Assembly: GCA_051294375.1 (NCBI GenBank)
Contig: CM119270.1
Coordinates: 2,843,980-2,907,979 of the forward strand
Direction of reading: 5' to 3'
DNA: 64,000 nt
Source of the DNA: Paraspadella gotoi
Lineage: Eukaryota; Animalia; Chaetognatha
Each line of letters begins with the position of its first letter. Positions within the stretch are counted from its first letter, which is position 1. Shown here in pieces: positions 27,411 through 39,944 of the stretch. A model generated the notes under the pieces. It did not search any database. It was not told the origin of the DNA and was given only the letters and a program-made list of their open reading frames with translations. Made by a program: the position numbers and the translations under genes.

Positions 27411-27674
27411 TTACCGAACAAGGACAGATTACCCCCCTTGACACCCCCTTTTTCCCGGCTGGTTTTGACGTAGATGGAAGTTACGAGCCTGGTTATGCTG
27501 AGAATCCGGCAGGAGACGAAGAGGCACCAAGCCACCTCGACTCATCAAGAGAGAGAGAGAGAGAGAGAGAGATAGATGTTATTGTCACATAAGGTTCCGC
27601 ATACAATCCGTGTCTTTTAGACAACGAAAAAGACGACGAGCATTCGTTATGGAAGACAGGATAGATATATATGA

Positions 27675-30455
27675 TGTATGGATCTTATTCGTCTGTCCTC
27701 ACCTGCTTGGCCGCGCTTGTCCCTGCGGTCTGTCTCTCTCGTCATAAAAATCCGCACCGCTCAAACATCACCATCTGTTTCCACAATTTTCGTTTCAGAC
27801 TACAATTTCGATTCGATAGAGAGAAGAAGCTGATTCTGTTCTTTTCGACGGATAATATTTTTCAACTTATACTGAACGCGTGTTGTGGACTACTTTTTTT
27901 TAACTTGAAAGATGAGAGTGGGCGTCGTTTGTCATTTTCACTTAGAGATAGTAGATAGACTGAGCGAAGCTGTGAGTCTTGGATCTTCGTCTTCACTCTA
28001 AACTATTCTTTGGACGTCTCCATTTTAAAGGACAAGTGTAAAGTTGAAATAAATACTTGTATGAAAGATATATTTGTATAGTTTTTTCCTTGTTGCGATT
28101 TTGAATTTAGAGAAAAGTAAGCAATAAATAGAATTATATTTCACAACATCGGTGGATAAAGAATCGGACATGTTTCGGATGTTTTATATTTTCCCCTCTC
28201 TCTCTCTCTCCTGTCCCCAACTTCCAACCTGTCCTCTACCCTGCCACATCTGACCATCTGCAATTATCTCCTTCTTCTCTCTCTACGCTCTGCTTCTCAT
28301 CGGCTAAGCTATTCGATTAGGTACAGTACTCTCTCTCCTTACTTCTCTGCTCTCTCTCTCTCTCGGTCTCTCCTCTCTCTCTCTCGTCTCCTCTCTCCCT
28401 CCCTCTCCTCTCTTTACAGCACTCACTTACCACACACACACCACAACACACATATCATACATTATTTGTGAAGTTAACTTTTGAATTGCACAATTGTAAA
28501 GGCGGTGATGAAGGCTTGTAAATAAAAAATCACGAACACATGTCCCATTCTTATAATCTCATCGTTGCTTGTAAATAAAATTAGTATTACTCTTACTTTT
28601 CGTCTATGAAATGACTTTAAAACGTCAATAAAGAACAAACTGTTATCTTTTTCGAGGTCGAATGTTTCTTTAAGGTTAGTAAAACTAAAAGGTAAGTTCT
28701 TTCCAGAGGATGAGAGTAAGGTCGGTAAGGATTTCCCTGCTGAGGTCATTCACTGGATTAAGGTCGAGGAAAAAAAGGGAGGAAAATTTGTTGCGCAGAG
28801 ATTTTCGAAGGCTTAAAGGTTAACTCCTGTCGGAGGAAGGAAGGAAAGGAAGATCATGGAAAGAGAGAGGAAAGGAGGAAAGGAAAGATCATGAAGAGGG
28901 AGGAAATGGAGGAAAGGAAAGATCATGGAAAGGGAGGAAAGGGAGGAAAGGAAAGATCGTGAAGAGGGAGGAAAAGAGGAAAGGAAAGATCATTAAGAGG
29001 GAGAAAGGAAAGATCATGAAGAGGGAGGAAATGGAGGAAAGGAAAGATCATAAAGAGGGAGGAAAAAGAGGAAAGGAAAGATCATTAAGAGGGAGTAAAG
29101 GAAAGATCATGGAAAGGGAGGAAAGCAAAGCCATGGAAAGGGAGGAAAGGTAGGAAAGGAAAGAGAAAAGGAAATTTTATGGAAGATAAAAAGAAAGAAT
29201 TGTTAGGGAAAGGAAGAAATGATAGGAAAGGAAATGTTTTGAAAAGGTGGAGAGGAAGGGACGAATGATTGTTAGGGAATGGAGGAAATAAATCGGCCTG
29301 AACTTGCAAGGAAGGAAAAGATATTTTTTAGAATCCTAAAATACAAATGGGTTATGAATTTCGACTCTATTATCTCCTCTTCACACGAATTGCCTCTCAC
29401 GATTCCATTGTGACGACGTCTCTAATATCTTATGGATGCGACGTCACACTCACAGACAAATGGCGAAATGATCAGAGGCAAATATTTTCTGAATCTCTTG
29501 ATTTTTTTTTTGCAGATGGAACTGAATGAACGAAGACTAAAAAGGAGACGAATGGACTTTTCATATGACGCAAAGGAGACAAAGACGACGATGAGGAAGA
29601 CGAACGACGACGACGACAACGACGACAGCGGTTGATATCTGAGACACTTTTTGACGAGATCGGAAACTAGTAAAGCACAAGCACATTGATGAAAAAAGTC
29701 TTTTTTGATACATTTATATATTTTATTGTATATAAATTCTTGAAATTTGTTCTAAAGTTTCGCTTGTTATTTTCAGCGTGTATTTTCTTAAAGGAAAAGA
29801 AAATTTGGTGAGGCAAATGTTTTATTGATCGAAGAGAGAAAAAAAGGCGAGATGATTTGAATGAGAAAATCTAAGAAAGAAGAACAAAATACGTTTAAAC
29901 AAAAGGCAAACGTTATAAATTTTGCCTAAAGTTTGATACACAGAAATATAATATATTTATTATATACAATAAATAAATAAATAACAACAATAAACCAAAA
30001 AGCAGAGAATAATGTAAAATGAAATGGAGAAACAATCCCAAGATAGAAAATAAAAATTAGAAACGAAAAGAAAGAAAAAAAATAGAATAATAAAAAGGAG
30101 GAAAAAGGAAAGATTAAAAAGGAGGAAAAGAAAAGAATAAAAAGGAGGAAAAAGAAAAGAACAAGGAGGAAAAAAAGAGGAAAGCGATTACAAATGAAAA
30201 ATGAGACATTAGCATTGGAACGCGGTCGAGTCCACGGTTAAATATTTCGTTTAAGAAGAGCGGAGGAATGAGAGAGAGAGAGAGAGAGAGAAAGAAAGAG
30301 AGAAAAGAGAGAAAGAGAGAGAGACAGAACCTATTTCCTAAGTGCTTGTGGAAAGTAGACTCGTTTTTTATCGCTGTCGTCGTCTTTGTTGTTGTTGTTG
30401 TCATCGTCAATAATAGTAGTCGTCGTCGTCGTCGTCGTTGTTGTTGTCGTTGTCG

Positions 30456-30493
<38 letters not shown>

Positions 30494-30643
30494 ACCCTTC
30501 GTCTTGATTCGCGATGATTTCAACAGAAAGCGTACGTTATTTTTGTGCGTTTTTGTTTTGTTTGTTTGTTTTTGGTTATTATTTTCGATTTTCCCGCCCC
30601 CAATTTGTGAGGATTCGTCTCATGGTGACTCGCTAGTCCGTAT

Positions 30644-30724
<81 letters not shown>

Positions 30725-32399
30725 ATAGATAATGTTATTTGTCACATAAGGTTCCGCATACAATCCGTGTCTTTTTAGACAACGAAATCTGAACTTCAAT
30801 AATTACCATCTTTTCTGATCTCATTGGTTAGAATGAAGCTTTCTTTATTTAAAAAAACGGTAGGCTATAGTTATCTTCTTCTTATGACATAGTAATTTCC
30901 AGGTAAATTTCTATGAGTTAAAAATACGGTAAGAAATAGTTTTCTTCAATGAGTGTCAATCAAATCTTAATTTTAGAAAATAGTATGATTGAATTTTTAT
31001 GGTAAAGATAACTTTAAAGATTGAATTCCTCATAAGAATCTTCACGTCTTTTACTTACACAAAACTATTCAGGCAGGACGCCACATTATCTCATACAATG
31101 TTTTCTCCCCTCATACCCTTTCTCTGATTCTTTTTCTTCATCTCTTTTCTTCTCTTATTTGCATTTTTCTTCCCTCTTTCCTCCCCTACTTCTCACGCCT
31201 TACCGTATCAATTACCATTTTTTTAGCCCTACCTTTTTTTGCCACTCTTCCACTTTCCTCACCTTTTTTTCTCTATCTTAATTCTTTCCCTTTCTTTTTC
31301 CCCTCTTTTTCTTTCCATTTTTCCCATTTTCCTACCATTTTATTTGTCTCACTATTTTTTTTGCATTTGGCCTTTTTTGCCATTATTTTTGCCATTTCCT
31401 TCTTTTTGGCCATTTGCCTTCTTTTTTTTGCCATTTGCCTCTTTTCCTTCTGCTTCTTTTGGCCATTGCCTTCTTTTTTTGCCATTTGCCTTCTTTTTGC
31501 CATTTGCCTTCTTTTTTGCCATTTCCTTCTTGCTTTTGCCCCCCTCTTTCATTCTCCTCCGACTGCCTTTTCCTTGTTCTCCTTTCGTTTTTCCTATCAC
31601 TACATTTACATTGAGCCAAATAAAAAAAAATTTTCTTTTGCGTTATAAAAAAAGAAATTAACGGTAATAAAGGATTTTATTTCAATTTTGGTTGCCTAGC
31701 AGATTTAATAAATCGACAGATTTTGCGGAAATTTTTCCGCAAAATCTGTCGATTCTCAGAAAAAACAAGTCCTGACGCTTTCCATTGGGTTAAAAGGATG
31801 CGGTTTTTTTTGTTTTAATAACGTCAGTAATGTAGCTCATCCTTTTAAAACTAATAAATGAGTTAAAAATACTCTCTTTATCAAAAATAAATGCAAGTCA
31901 CAAAAAGTCACAAATTAAAAGTTGTCTTTAAAAATTATTTGTGGCTAAATGAAAAAAGTTTTTTTGATAATTTTGAAGGTGTTAAAAGCTTATTTAATAG
32001 GCTATATTCTGTTAATTTAAACCAATTTGAATTTATTTTTGTTTAAAAATTATGATAAAGACTGAAACTGCAACTTTTTGACTTGTTAACTTTAAAATTA
32101 ATTCATAGGCAAACTATAAATGACTTAAGCAAATAAATTTACACAGGGGTAAAGAAGATAAGGAAGAAGCGGATTTCCAAGTAAAAATTTTTCTCAACTT
32201 TTCCTTGGCATTCAAATCATAGGTCGTAAGTAAAAATGGACAAAAATGGACATAATTTTTTTTTCCTAAAAGTTGCCAAAATGGTACTCTTTTATCATTA
32301 GAAACGGGTGGAGATGTTTCTAACCAATCCTTCGTTCGACCTAATTTGTGTTGAGGCACAAAGTTAATCAACATTGTAAGTAACAACTGAACATAGTGG
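27675..32399 (+). repeat. Redundant copy of 16781-21319 (noisy read or second haplotype)
   Basis: Colinear match including the first about 25 bp of the LTR, ending at an N gap; very noisy at 27630-28450. Confidence 0.85.
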
Positions 32400-32761
32400 A
32401 AGAAGTNNNNNNNNNNNNNNNNNNNNNNNNNCGTTTTTTTCCTAAATGCAACGTTTGTATGCGGAACCATAAACGAAAAATGTTTCACTGGTTATCCGAA
32501 GATCTTTTTGAATAGTTTTTATGAAAAATTCTTCAAATCAATTTAAATTTTTCAAAAAAATTCTTATTATCCTCGAATAAACTAGTTTGATCTCAGCTAA
32601 GATTCGCGCGCACACGCAGATTTACACGCACAGATTTCGTGCACTGTTCCGTGCGTGACGCTCGAAATGCGCGCCATCTCGACGCCAAACGGCCTACGAG
32701 AGGGCGCCCCCCGTCGATATTCGTACGCGAACTAAAAAGAGGGAAGAGTCAATTCTATCGA

Positions 32762-32880
<119 letters not shown>

Positions 32881-34604
32881 GTCTCTCTTTCGTCCCGAAA
32901 TCCAAATTTTCTTTTTTATTGTTTTAACCTTTGCTTGGGTTTCTCTATGACATTCAGCTCTCTCTCTCTGCCTTTCTCTCTCTTCCTGAAACAATTTGTG
33001 GTCAGTCAGTCAGTTTATTTTCGTAAATTTTTTTGGAGGCAGTATCTAAATAAAAAAACATTGATTTTTTTAATGATGTTATGAAAAGCATTTGTGTCAA
33101 CGAAGGAAGTAAAAAAAAAGATTTAAAAAAGATTTAAGTATCAAAAATATTGTAAAAATTCATGCTAATAGCTTTGAATCTTTTTAGCAAAGTTTGTTTA
33201 ACTCACATATTATGAACTACCTTTTTTCTGACTTCTTATATTTTTCTGATCGTTTAATCCTTTTCCTTCATTTATGAAGTCATGTCTCCCCCCCCTCTTT
33301 CCGTCCCGAGATGAAAAGCTGGAGGCCCTTGGCCTCCGAGACTAGCCATGAATTGCTCTATCTGCGTCTCTGCTCCTTCTGCTCGTACTCGTCTCTCTCG
33401 TCGTCTCTCGTCTCGTCTCGCTCTCTGCGTCTGCTCGTGACGGCATCTGCTTCTTCTGAATCCCACGGTTTCGCGTTGCCGTTCTCTCGATGGAAGACTG
33501 CGTGAACTGGTTTGTGTCCTTTTTTCGCCTGTTGTTTTATTGTGCCTGTTTGTCCCCTTTTTTCCGTTGTTGTATGTTAGGTTTCCTTGTTTGTTTTGTG
33601 CCCTTTGCCGTTCTTGGTTCCGTCGGTCAAAGCCGAAGTCTGTGCAGGACTTAGATGTTCTGTTTAGGCTGTGTGCGTTTGTTTATGTTTCTTTTGTTCG
33701 TTCAAAATCCGTGTTTGTCTTTTGTTTCCTGTTGTGCGTTTAGTCTGGCGTGTTTTGTATTGTTGTGTTCACTCGGCGGTCTTTGACTGTCAGGGTTCTG
33801 TTGTTGTATTGCCGCCCGTTTTTCCTCCTTTTCTCTTTCTTTTCTTTTGGCTGTTATTTAAATCTTCAAACCTCATTTCGCTGCTCTCTCTGCGTCACCT
33901 CATCTCATCTCTCTCTCATCTCTCTCTCTCTTCTCTCTCTACTTCCTGATCTTCTGTCTCTGCTCTGTACCCATGCGAAGTTGAATCGCTCCTCGACTAT
34001 AGTGTCTTCCTTTCCTCGCTCCCCTTCCGTCGCTCTGCTCCATTCTGTCGCCCGCCGCCTCGTCCCCTCTGCCTTCCTCCGCTCGCTCCTTTTCCTGCGC
34101 ATCCGTCTTTCCCGTCGGCGTCCTTTCTGGAGTCTCTTTGCTACAGCTCTTAGCCCTCTTCGTTTTCCTCCAGACAATCGGCGTCCTTGTCGTTTCACCT
34201 CGCGTCCTCCACCTCCCTTCCTCACCGTTCTTCGCCACCCTCCTCTTCCTCCCTTCCCTTCCTCTGCGCCTCGCGTCCTCTCGTCTCTTCGTCGCTCCCC
34301 CCCTCGCGCTTCCTCCCTTTCTATTCATGTGCTGATTTTGAGAGGAATGGCGGTTAAGTTCGTCCCTCCATTCATCTTTATGCGTCAAGAAAATTTTAAC
34401 TCTTCTTTAAATTCGTTTCAATTAGATTTTTTAATGTTGGCGTCGAGAGAATCGAACCCACAGTGGTTTTTTAAAAGAGTTTTGCACAAGTGGAAATTTT
34501 TTGTGTGTTTTTTTTTTTTTATTCTCCCGCCTGTATTGATTAAAGATCACGGTCCGTACTTTTTTTTCGTCACGAGATAAAGCTCTCTCCTCTCTCTCCT
34601 CTCA

Positions 34605-34644
<40 letters not shown>

Positions 34645-34762
34645 CTCTCTCTCTCTTCTCTCACACTCCCACACACAGTTTATCTTGATCCCTGAACAAC
34701 AGTTTTTATTCTAATCTTTTTATCGTTTAGCCAATCTCTTCGGTCTCTCAATCAAAGTATTC

Positions 34763-34793
<31 letters not shown>

Positions 34794-34808
34794 CCCTCTC
34801 TTCTCTCT

Positions 34809-34863
<55 letters not shown>

Positions 34864-35159
34864 CCTCTCGGCCCCTCACCCAAACTATTCATACATTTTG
34901 CACCAGAAAGATTTCCGATTTGGTTAAACCTTCTTTTCTTGTCTCAAGGGGACATTTTCATCACTTGTTATATTTAAACTTAACTATCGAAAGAGTTTAT
35001 AACATCATTACACCACATCATTAACAGTGAAGCCGGGTATTCCGGGGAGAGTCTTGCTAGAAGATTTGCACGGTCCTTGGTGCTGCGACGTATGAAAAAT
35101 TGCAGGATTACATGTTTTGCTATATGAGACTAATATATTTCACGTAAGTATTATATTTG

Positions 35160-35208
35160 ATTATTATTATTATCATTATTATTATTATTATTATTATCAT
35201 TATTATTA

Positions 35209-35285
<77 letters not shown>
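35160..35285. repeat. (TTA)n microsatellite
   Basis: Long tta/tca run. Confidence 0.95.
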
Positions 35286-36025
35286 TGATATTTGATTAAT
35301 TTCATATTTAATACTCTAATGGGGAGAGTGACGTTCACGTCATCTTCTTGAAATAGAGGGAGCATCTATACAATACAAAGTTAAAAATTATTTTCTGCTC
35401 TTGATTTCGAATAAGATGTTACTATTATTAGCCATCATCCTTGTTAGGAAGTCATTTTATTTTGTTAGAGGGTTCACCCATCATAGCCGAACCTAAGTTA
35501 CGGGCAAGATTGCTTATTTATTAAAAAAAGGATACTTTTTATATTTTTTGTAGTTTGTACCATTTTCTAAAATAAATTTTTGCAGATCCATGTTGATTGT
35601 TTACGTAATGAAAAACATTTTGTTACTTGGTTTCAATTTTAGCTTAGTCTAATGCACAATATGTCCAATGAACATTGTAGATTTTACATTGTTCATGTTG
35701 TCTTTTGTCCCAAGTATCATTTCTCTTGTGTCTTGACTTCTTTTTCTTCTGTTCTCATGTCCCATGACTGTACCACTCAAATGTCTTTGTTTCTGGCTTC
35801 TTGTCATTTTGTCCTTCTAGTTCTTGTAGTCTTGTCCTTCATGTCATTCTTGTCCTTATTGTCCTTATTGTCCTCGCTCACTTCAAATGTTCTCCTCTTC
35901 GTTTCAAAGTAAAAAAAAAAGAAAAATTCATTCATTATGCAAAATTCCTGTCCCAACTTTTCGCCATCACTTATGTATTGAAAGTCAACGAACCTTCTGT
36001 TTACCCCACCCTCTCTCACTCTCTC

Positions 36026-36064
<39 letters not shown>

Positions 36065-36068
36065 TCTC

Positions 36069-36104
<36 letters not shown>

Positions 36105-37822
36105 CTGTTTTGTTTCACGTATTCATTGTTTTGCGTCGCTGTGTTTTGCTGCTGTGTTTTTGTCGTCGTTGTCGTCGTCGTCGTCATCGTCGTCGTCATT
36201 TTCGGCTCCGACCAGTTGTGCCTCGTTATTTACTGTCTGTTTTGTCTTCAATTATTTACGATGCAATATCTTTTCCTATTTCGTCGTTTTAAAACTTTCA
36301 ATTCCTTTTTATAAATTGATCCGTTCGTTCGTTTGCTTATTACAATAAGAAAGTATTTTTTAAACATTTTTACTCTTAAATATTTTCAAATATTTGATTA
36401 AAATTGATTAAAAAACAATTCAATTCTCACTTTTGCACAATGACGTGATGCACTTTTATTGGCTTTAAAACATAATTAAATTGTTTTAAAATAATCTCAA
36501 CTCTCAAAATTAAAAACTGATTACCATAATTAAAAACTCATAGACCTAAAAAAAAAAGCTAAAACTACAGTCGACCGCTTTTCATTCAGTCAGCCGCGTT
36601 CAGCGTCTTTCAGTTTACATTGTCTTTCTGCCTTCAGTCAAACTTCACTTCAACTTCTNNNNNNNNNNNNNNNNNNNNCCCCCCCCTCAAATCGAGACTA
36701 TGAGCTTCGCATTCGGATTTAATTTTCCTCCCTTTTTCTCTTGTTGAGAGTTGACCTCCTCTTGACCTTTTATTTTCCAGTTTCGAGAATAAATAAAAAG
36801 AACAAAAAAAAAGAAGAAAAAAAAAGGGGAAAAAATGATTTTTTTGGTTAAGAAACTGGAGAGTTTGTAACTCGGGAGTTGATGGTTCGATTATAAGGAT
36901 TCAGTGATTATTTTCTCATCTTGCCTTGTCAGTTGTCATGTCTCATCAATGGTCTTATCTCGTCCAAATTCTTACCAGGTCCGAAATCAAGAGGCGTGAT
37001 AGCTTATGTATTGAATGAATATATAACTTTTATGTTAATGGTTCAAGTTTCATATATGGCGCTCGTGCGGAGTACAATAGTTTTTACATGATCTAATACT
37101 TTATAACGTAACGGTTCGTAAAAACTCTGATAGGGAAGCCGAGCACTAAACTAAACTAAACTGTGAAAGAGTTTTGATTGAAAGCTTTCAGGGTCCTGCT
37201 ATTTTATTATCTTGTAAGAGAGATCAAGACCTTAATCCAACATAGCCTGTCCATTGTCCAAAGTCAGGACTCGGGAGCTAAGATTGTTTGTTTATTAAAT
37301 AAATGAATCATAAACAAAAATCGGTTTAAACTTTTGTTTGTTTTTATTTTGTTTGTTTTCTCGTCTGTTTTCCCATCTGTTTTCATGGAAACAAATTCAC
37401 CGCAATCAAATCTCATGGAAAAAATATCAGGCTCCCATCACTCAGAGAAGATGGGGTGTGGAAGGGAAAGATTTTCGAGGTCACACCCGAAAATATCCGA
37501 CGTTGATGAAATGGAAACTTGCGGAGAAAATAAAAATCTCTCTGTCTCTCTCTCTCTCTCTTTTTCCCCCCTCAAAAAAGCCGGTGCGCAAAATGAGAAA
37601 ATGATGGTTTCTTTTCCATTTTTTTTTCACCAAAAGTAGAATTTTGAAGCCGCGAAATAATGGAACCGATTCACGTGATAAATCGGGTGAAGAGACGGAA
37701 TTCATTCACGGTTTCTTTTTTTCACTTTTTTTTGACAAAAATGAAAATGCCAAAAGCAAAGCCGGGGAGAGAAAAGAGAGAGAGAAGACAGGAGAGGGAG
37801 AGAGAGAGAGAGAGAAGAAGAT

Positions 37823-37860
<38 letters not shown>

Positions 37861-38463
37861 TGAAAGATTTTTGGAGCCGGCAAATTTTTTTTTCATTTTT
37901 CAATGAAAGTTCGTGAGAGTCAATATATGGAGACGAAAAAAGGCTTTCTTTCTTTCTTTCCTTCTTTCTTTCTTTCTTTCTTTTTTTTTCTTTTTTTCTT
38001 TCCTCATTTATTTTTTTTTCTTCTCAACCGTATAAATATTGTGCATATTGTACGTACAATTCAAATAATATCTTCCAATTCAGAATTAACAAAGTTTATT
38101 TAAAAAAAAGATTATCTTTGCTTTAGCGAATTCGTTTGATAATTAACTNNNNNNNNNNNNNNNNNNNNNNNNNNNNNNNNNNNNNNNNNNNNNNNNNNNN
38201 NNNNNNNNNNNNNNNNNNNNNNNNNNNNTTTTTTTTTTTTTTTTGCTTTGTTTTTTAATTTCAGGATTTTGGGGTAAAATTTTGTTCATATATTTCGTTT
38301 GGTTGTTTGACCAAGGATTCGACGAAAAAAAGATAAATTAACATTGATTTTAAAATGTATTATGTATGATACATTAAACTTTTTATTACCAAAGGTTTGG
38401 TTTCGTCGGTCCTTCTTCCAAAAGAAGAAATTTTGTTTTTCGTTTCTTTTTAATTTTGTTTGT

Positions 38464-38641
38464 GGGCATTATTTTCCCTGAACGCCGCATTTTATTTTAA
38501 ATTTAATCTTAAATTCGGAATTGGGTTCATTTTTTTGAATAAAGGATTAAGGTTATGTATTAGGTTAGTGGTTAGAGACTTGGTTTGCGATTAGGTTTAA
38601 GGATTAGAACAGAAATGCAGGCAATTTCGAAAAAGAGAGCC
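38464..38641 (+). mobile_element. MITE, TTAGGG-containing Mutator-like family
   Basis: Ends gggcattattttccctgaacgccgcatttt ... gaacagaaatgcaggcaatttcgaaaaagagagcc; internal TTAGG/GGTTA repeats. Confidence 0.55.
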
Positions 38642-39142
38642 TTTTTTGATTCCTTTGTTTTATGATTTTATTACTTTTGCACTAAAAACGAAGAAAAGTT
38701 GATATTTGTCTTCACTGCTCCTGCGTGTACGAGTTGAATGAAGAAACGTCACACAAAAAAAACAAACAATTTACGCACGTAGAAAAGCTTCACACCCACC
38801 TGAGTGCGAGAGACTTCGTGTCAAAAATTTAAAATGAGACGAATTCAAAAAGAAATTTGTCTTTCAAAATTTCGTTACTATTTGTTTAATTTTTACGTTT
38901 TGGTAAATTTTCACGTTTTATTTCAAATGTACAATTGTAAAGGCCACTTTGCCACGTTATTTTTGTAACCTTTCCCTTTTTTCAAAACCATTTGACTCGC
39001 GTCTTTAAAACGAAATTGCGAAGAAAACCTCGCAGACTTTTCACTCCCCCCTCATCCCTTTTCCGTGAGACACTAGTTTCACTTCTCGCGGAAGATATCA
39101 CCGAGAAAAAGTCACAAAAAGAAAACCTTTACTTCATTTAAA

Positions 39143-39277
<135 letters not shown>

Positions 39278-39910
39278 GAGAGGGAGAGAGCGAGAGAGCG
39301 TGAAATTTTTTTTCACCAAACTTCACCATTAGTCACCGTAAATGTCGTCGCCCGCTCGACGCCGTCGTTAATTCAGACTCGCGTCGTCTTTGAAGATCTT
39401 TCTTCGCCTCCTAGCGACAGATAAATAAAAATAAACTAAAATTTAAATAAAAAGTAAGCGAATAAGTATGAAGAAACGAATTAATAAGTAAAGGAATGTC
39501 TCAACGAATAAATAATTTGATCGGTAAATAACAAAATAAGAAAACAAATAACTTGAACGCGAAACTTGAAATTAACATACATAAACAAACATATCAAGTT
39601 TATAATATTTTTTTTTAATCGAACGTCAATACATCGTGTTTGTTTTTGTTTATTATGAAAAGCCATCGGTAATTCTTTTTTTCTTTTTTTTTCTTTTTTT
39701 TTCATCTCTTGCACAATATCCATGTGAATTCAAAACAAAAGCTCAAGTTTATTTATTTTTTCAAAAGGGGAAAAAAAGTTTATTTTTCCGCTTAGGACAG
39801 CGACGAGTTAAATGGGGCTGCTTCTCTTCCCCCTTTACCCCTTTGCCCACCGCAATTTATAGAAGAGAGAAAGAGAGAGAGGAGAGAGAGAGAAGAGAGA
39901 GATGAGAAGA

Positions 39911-39944
<34 letters not shown>

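Larger units (their letters stand above)
21294..27548 (+). mobile_element. Ty3/Gypsy-like LTR retrotransposon (5' LTR-PBS-gag-PR-RT-RNase H), 3' part absent
   Basis: Domain order PR (LYDTGAS), RT (LDILACFHQ, LPMG, YVDD), RNase H (YADAS..E..TDS..ADFL); LTR and PBS upstream; many single-base frameshifts. Confidence 0.92.
19812..32468. mobile_element. Kolobok-type non-autonomous DNA transposon, interrupted by the LTR element and by redundant assembly
   Basis: Left TIR GGTTCCGCATACAA at 19812-19825 preceded by ATAA (19808-19811); right TIR TTGTATGCGGAACC at 32455-32468 followed by ATAA (32469-32472). GG...CC termini with a TTAA-like 4-bp TSD fit Kolobok rather than piggyBac. Left TIR is repeated at 27593 and 30750 in the duplicated sequence. 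Confidence 0.7.
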
